Below are positions 61,102 through 64,000 of a stretch of 64,000 bases of DNA, piece by piece; positions within the stretch are counted from its first letter, which is position 1; each line of letters starts with the position of its first letter. The stretch lies in contig JAWOEZ010000089.1 of NCBI GenBank assembly GCA_046482435.1, forward strand, positions 1,183 through 65,182, read 5' to 3'. The translations under genes and the position numbers were made by a program. The DNA is from Halanaerobiales bacterium. GTDB lineage: Bacteria > Bacillota > Halanaerobiia > Halanaerobiales > M55B127. The notes beneath the pieces were generated by a model. It had not been told where the DNA came from and ran no database searches. It worked only from the letters and a program-made list of their open reading frames with translations.

Positions 61102-62151
61102 TTATTTGCTCACCTCTGAAATAATTTTACTTAATATATCTGATACTATATTAACAGTTGATATCACACGGGGATATTCCATTCTTGTAGGTCCTAAAAC
61201 TCCTATCTTACCCACTGCTTCATCTCCTATTGAATAATTTGCTATAACAACACTACAGCGCTGCATTTCTTCCATTTCATTCTCATGTCCTATTCTGACT
61301 TCTATTTCTTTGTTTTTTTCAGCATTTATTATTTTCTTAAGAGTATCTTCATGGTCTAGAATATTTAATACTTTTTTCAAATATTCTATATCATTGAATT
61401 CAGGCTGTTCAAGAATATAAGAAGTTCCCCCGATATATATCTTTACATCTTCAGGGTTGATTAAGTCTTTTATTTCCCTGTTGATTATGGTGAATATATG
61501 GTGTGATAAATTTATCTTTTGAATTAATTCTTTTTCAATTTCTTCAAAATAATCTTTATCTAACTGGGTGATATTTTTACCTTCGATTTTATTTACTAAA
61601 AAATTATTTATATATCGAATTTTCCTTTTGTTTAATTCTTCTTCAATACTAACCAATTTATCACTAACGAATCCATTATCAGTCACCATAACGAGTAACA
61701 ATTTATTACGGGTTACTTTCATTAATTGAACTTCACTTATCTTGATATTTTTGAATTCAGGTTCTGTTATCATTGTAGCATATTTAGTAAATTCGGATAA
61801 CATTGTTGTCATACTAGATACAATACTATTTATACCATGCCGATCTTTAGCTATTTCTGAAAGAGTTTTTATAAGTTTATCAGAATTAATTCCTTTATTA
61901 TTCATAAGGATATCTACATAATATCTATAACCTTTATCAGATGGTACTCGTCCTGCCGATGTGTGAGGTTGTTCTAAATAACCTAATTCTTCTAAATCAG
62001 CCATCTCATTCCTTATTGTTGCCGAACTAACACCTAGATCATATTTTTTAGAAAGTGTACGGGATCCAACTGGAGATGCTGTTATAATATGTTCTTGAAT
62101 GATGGCATGAAGTATATTCTTTTTGCGTTCATCTAAATTTTTGACCATCAT
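61102..62151 (-). CDS. hrcA: Heat-inducible transcription repressor HrcA
   Basis: LDERKKNILHAIIQEHIITASPVGSRTLSK is the wHTH. The full-length HrcA layout is present. ATG at 62151 follows GAGGTGA. Confidence 0.95.
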   Translation of the reverse strand: MMVKNLDERKKNILHAIIQEHIITASPVGSRTLSKKYDLGVSSATIRNEMADLEELGYLEQPHTSAGRVPSDKGYRYYVDILMNNKGINSDKLIKTLSEIAKDRHGINSIVSSMTTMLSEFTKYATMITEPEFKNIKISEVQLMKVTRNKLLLVMVTDNGFVSDKLVSIEEELNKRKIRYINNFLVNKIEGKNITQLDKDYFEEIEKELIQKINLSHHIFTIINREIKDLINPEDVKIYIGGTSYILEQPEFNDIEYLKKVLNILDHEDTLKKIINAEKNKEIEVRIGHENEMEEMQRCSVVIANYSIGDEAVGKIGVLGPTRMEYPRVISTVNIVSDILSKIISEVSK

Positions 62152-62164
62152 CTTCACCTCTTTT

Positions 62165-62191
62165 TTAGCACTCGACTAAATAGAGTGCTAA
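62165..62191. promoter_or_regulatory. CIRCE operator (HrcA binding site)
   Basis: TTAGCACTC-gactaaata-GAGTGCTAA is a perfect match to the CIRCE consensus TTAGCACTC-N9-GAGTGCTAA. It lies 13 nt upstream of the hrcA start region. Confidence 0.92.
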
Positions 62192-62202
62192 TAACTATTA
62201 AT

Positions 62203-62231
62203 AAAATAACATATCACTATTATTTTGTCAA
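62203..62231 (-). promoter_or_regulatory. Sigma-70-type promoter of the hrcA-grpE-dnaK-dnaJ operon
   Basis: TTGACA-17 nt-TATTTT immediately upstream of CIRCE. Confidence 0.5.
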
Positions 62232-62263
62232 ATACTTTCAACCCTATTTAGAAAAAAAATGAA

Positions 62264-63433
62264 TTATAATAGGAACTCTGCTAAAACTATGTTGCCAAGG
62301 TTTATACCTTTTTTTGTCAAAATAATTTTTTCTTCATCTACCTTGATTAATTTTTCTTTTTTTAGTTTACTAATTGCCTCTCCATAAACATCATATATTG
62401 ATATTCCAAATCTATTTTTAAAATTATTCTTATCTACACCTTTTTTTAACCTTAAACCCATAATCATTCTTTCAGTTATTAATTCCTCTTTTGATAGTTC
62501 TATTATTTTTTTGATCGGTAGCTTATTTTTTGCTAACTTATCATTGTATGATTTAATATCTTTAAGATTGTAATAACGATCAGAACCATTAAAACCATGA
62601 GCAGAAGGACCTAAGCCTAGATAGGCCTCATAGTTCCAATATATAATATTATGTTTAGATTCATATCCTTTTTTTGCAAAATTAGATATTTCATAATGTT
62701 TGTAGTCATTTTTTGTTAGTTGTTCAATAGCAAAGTTATACATTTTATAATCTAATTCTTCCGAAATTTTTTTAATATCATTATTATTTAATCTTTTATT
62801 TAATAAAGTCCCTTCTTCAATTTGCAGATTATATAAAGAAATATGAGGAGGATTTAAATCTATAGCTTGATCTAAACTTTGTTTAAATTCTTGAAAAGTT
62901 TGGCCCGGAATAGCAAATATTAAGTCGATACTAAAATTATCGAATTTATTTTTAATTATTTCAATATTATTTAATGATTCTTCCACTTCATGTATTCTAC
63001 CTAAAAAGGTGAGTTCCTTATTTAAAAAAGATTGGACTCCTAAACTTAATCGGTTTATTCCAGCCTCGATATAACCTTTAATTTTATCCTTATTCAAACT
63101 TTCTGGGTTGGCTTCAATAGTAATTTCAATTCTATCTTTAACAACAAAATTCTCAGAGATGGTTTTTAATATATCATTCACCGTTTCTGAAGTAAGAATA
63201 CTAGGAGTTCCTCCCCCGATATATATAGTTTTAATTTTATGAGTGATTAGTCTATCAGAATAAAGTTTAATTTCCTCTTTCAAATTACTTATATATTCAT
63301 CCATTAAATTTTTATAAGCTTTAATTGAATAAAAATCACAGTAATTACATTTGCTTTTGCAAAATGGTATATGAATATATAAACCAAAAGGATCTTTATA
63401 ATTTAGATAATTAATCATCTTCATTCCTTTCAA
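62264..63433 (-). CDS. hemW: Radical SAM haem chaperone HemW (HemN-like, oxygen-independent coproporphyrinogen oxidase family)
   Basis: [14 protein letters not shown] is the radical SAM motif, with GGGTPS and an HemN C-terminal domain. The true start may be the ATG at 63418. It overlaps the lepA end. Confidence 0.85.
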   Translation of the reverse strand: MKGMKMINYLNYKDPFGLYIHIPFCKSKCNYCDFYSIKAYKNLMDEYISNLKEEIKLYSDRLITHKIKTIYIGGGTPSILTSETVNDILKTISENFVVKDRIEITIEANPESLNKDKIKGYIEAGINRLSLGVQSFLNKELTFLGRIHEVEESLNNIEIIKNKFDNFSIDLIFAIPGQTFQEFKQSLDQAIDLNPPHISLYNLQIEEGTLLNKRLNNNDIKKISEELDYKMYNFAIEQLTKNDYKHYEISNFAKKGYESKHNIIYWNYEAYLGLGPSAHGFNGSDRYYNLKDIKSYNDKLAKNKLPIKKIIELSKEELITERMIMGLRLKKGVDKNNFKNRFGISIYDVYGEAISKLKKEKLIKVDEEKIILTKKGINLGNIVLAEFLL

Positions 63434-64000
63434 GTATAGACATAAATGCTTCTTGAGGGATCTCTACTTTACCAACCATTTTCATTCGTTTTTTACCTTC
63501 TTTTTGTTTTTCGAGTAATTTTCTTTTTCTACTAATATCTCCACCATAACATTTCTGCAGTACATCTTTTCTTTTGGCCTGTATATTTACTCTTGCCAAT
63601 ATATCACTGCCTACCGCAGCCTGAATAGGTACTTTAAACATTTGTTTAGGCATAATTTCTTTTAGCTTCCTGACTATTTTTTGTCCTTCATAACGGGCAT
63701 CGTCACTAAATACAATTGTAGATAATGCATCAACAGGTTCTTTATTTACTAATATATCAAGTTTTACAAGATCGGCTTCTTCATAATCTATCATTTCATA
63801 ATCCAGTGTAGCATATCCTTTAGATTTAGATTTCAATTGATTAAAGAAGCCAGTAATTATTTCACTCAAGGGCATCTTATATTTTAAAGCCATGCGGTTT
63901 TCATCTACATACTGCATATCAATAAATTCACCACGATTTTCCTGACATAATTCCATAATAGGGCCGATATGTTCTTCAGGAACGTGTACAGTTGCTTCTA
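63411..64000 (-). CDS. lepA: Elongation factor 4 (LepA), C-terminal ~196 aa; N-terminus outside the window
   Basis: The frame stays open upstream of the track Met (...[24 protein letters not shown]...). LepA C-terminal domain signatures are present ([25 protein letters not shown]). Confidence 0.9.
   Translation of the reverse strand, partial: EATVHVPEEHIGPIMELCQENRGEFIDMQYVDENRMALKYKMPLSEIITGFFNQLKSKSKGYATLDYEMIDYEEADLVKLDILVNKEPVDALSTIVFSDDARYEGQKIVRKLKEIMPKQMFKVPIQAAVGSDILARVNIQAKRKDVLQKCYGGDISRKRKLLEKQKEGKKRMKMVGKVEIPQEAFMSILERNEDD

Overview
This is an AT-rich (by eye roughly 30% GC) bacterial chromosomal window. Every credible gene lies on the minus strand: about 58 CDS, 1 tRNA, 2 structured ncRNAs and 1 clear pseudogene. 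Most of it is the conserved Firmicute housekeeping backbone.

In transcription order (high to low coordinate) the genes are: lepA-hemW-hrcA-grpE-dnaK-dnaJ-rsmE-mtaB-HIT-nfeD-floA-(yqfB-like)-ccpN-[glpX pseudogene]-phoH-pgpH-ybeY-CNNM-DUF3048-cdd-era-deoC-recO-glyQ-glyS-ppdK-dGTPase-dnaG-rpoD-tRNA(CAT)-nif3. An accessory block follows: TetR, an MMPL/RND transporter, a LolA-like protein, a beta-barrel OMP candidate and a membrane polyferredoxin. The backbone then resumes with RNase P RNA-yebC-ruvCAB-queA-tgt-yajC-lepB-secDF-lapA-like-recJ-apt-relA-dtd-MBL-SurA/TPR-hisS-aspS-6S RNA candidate-rarA-yigZ-Rrf2-mnmA.

Bacillus-like synteny, very acidic protein tails and an outer-membrane-type cassette together suggest a halophilic diderm Firmicute (Halanaerobiales-like). 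This is an inference, not verified.

I found no CRISPR array, transposase, integrase, prophage or recognisable defence system. The most interesting items are:
- the TetR-gated MMPL - LolA-like - OMP cassette, which has two palindromic operator candidates;
- a heavily decayed class II fructose-1,6-bisphosphatase (glpX) gene directly behind ccpN, carrying a 34-nt perfect hairpin;
- a 6S RNA candidate in the Bacillus bsrA position;
- the absence of T-box leaders in front of glyQS and hisS-aspS;
- an ORF-free eroded stretch between the 6S candidate and rarA.

All calls come from reading the supplied translations and the sequence by eye. No database search was run.
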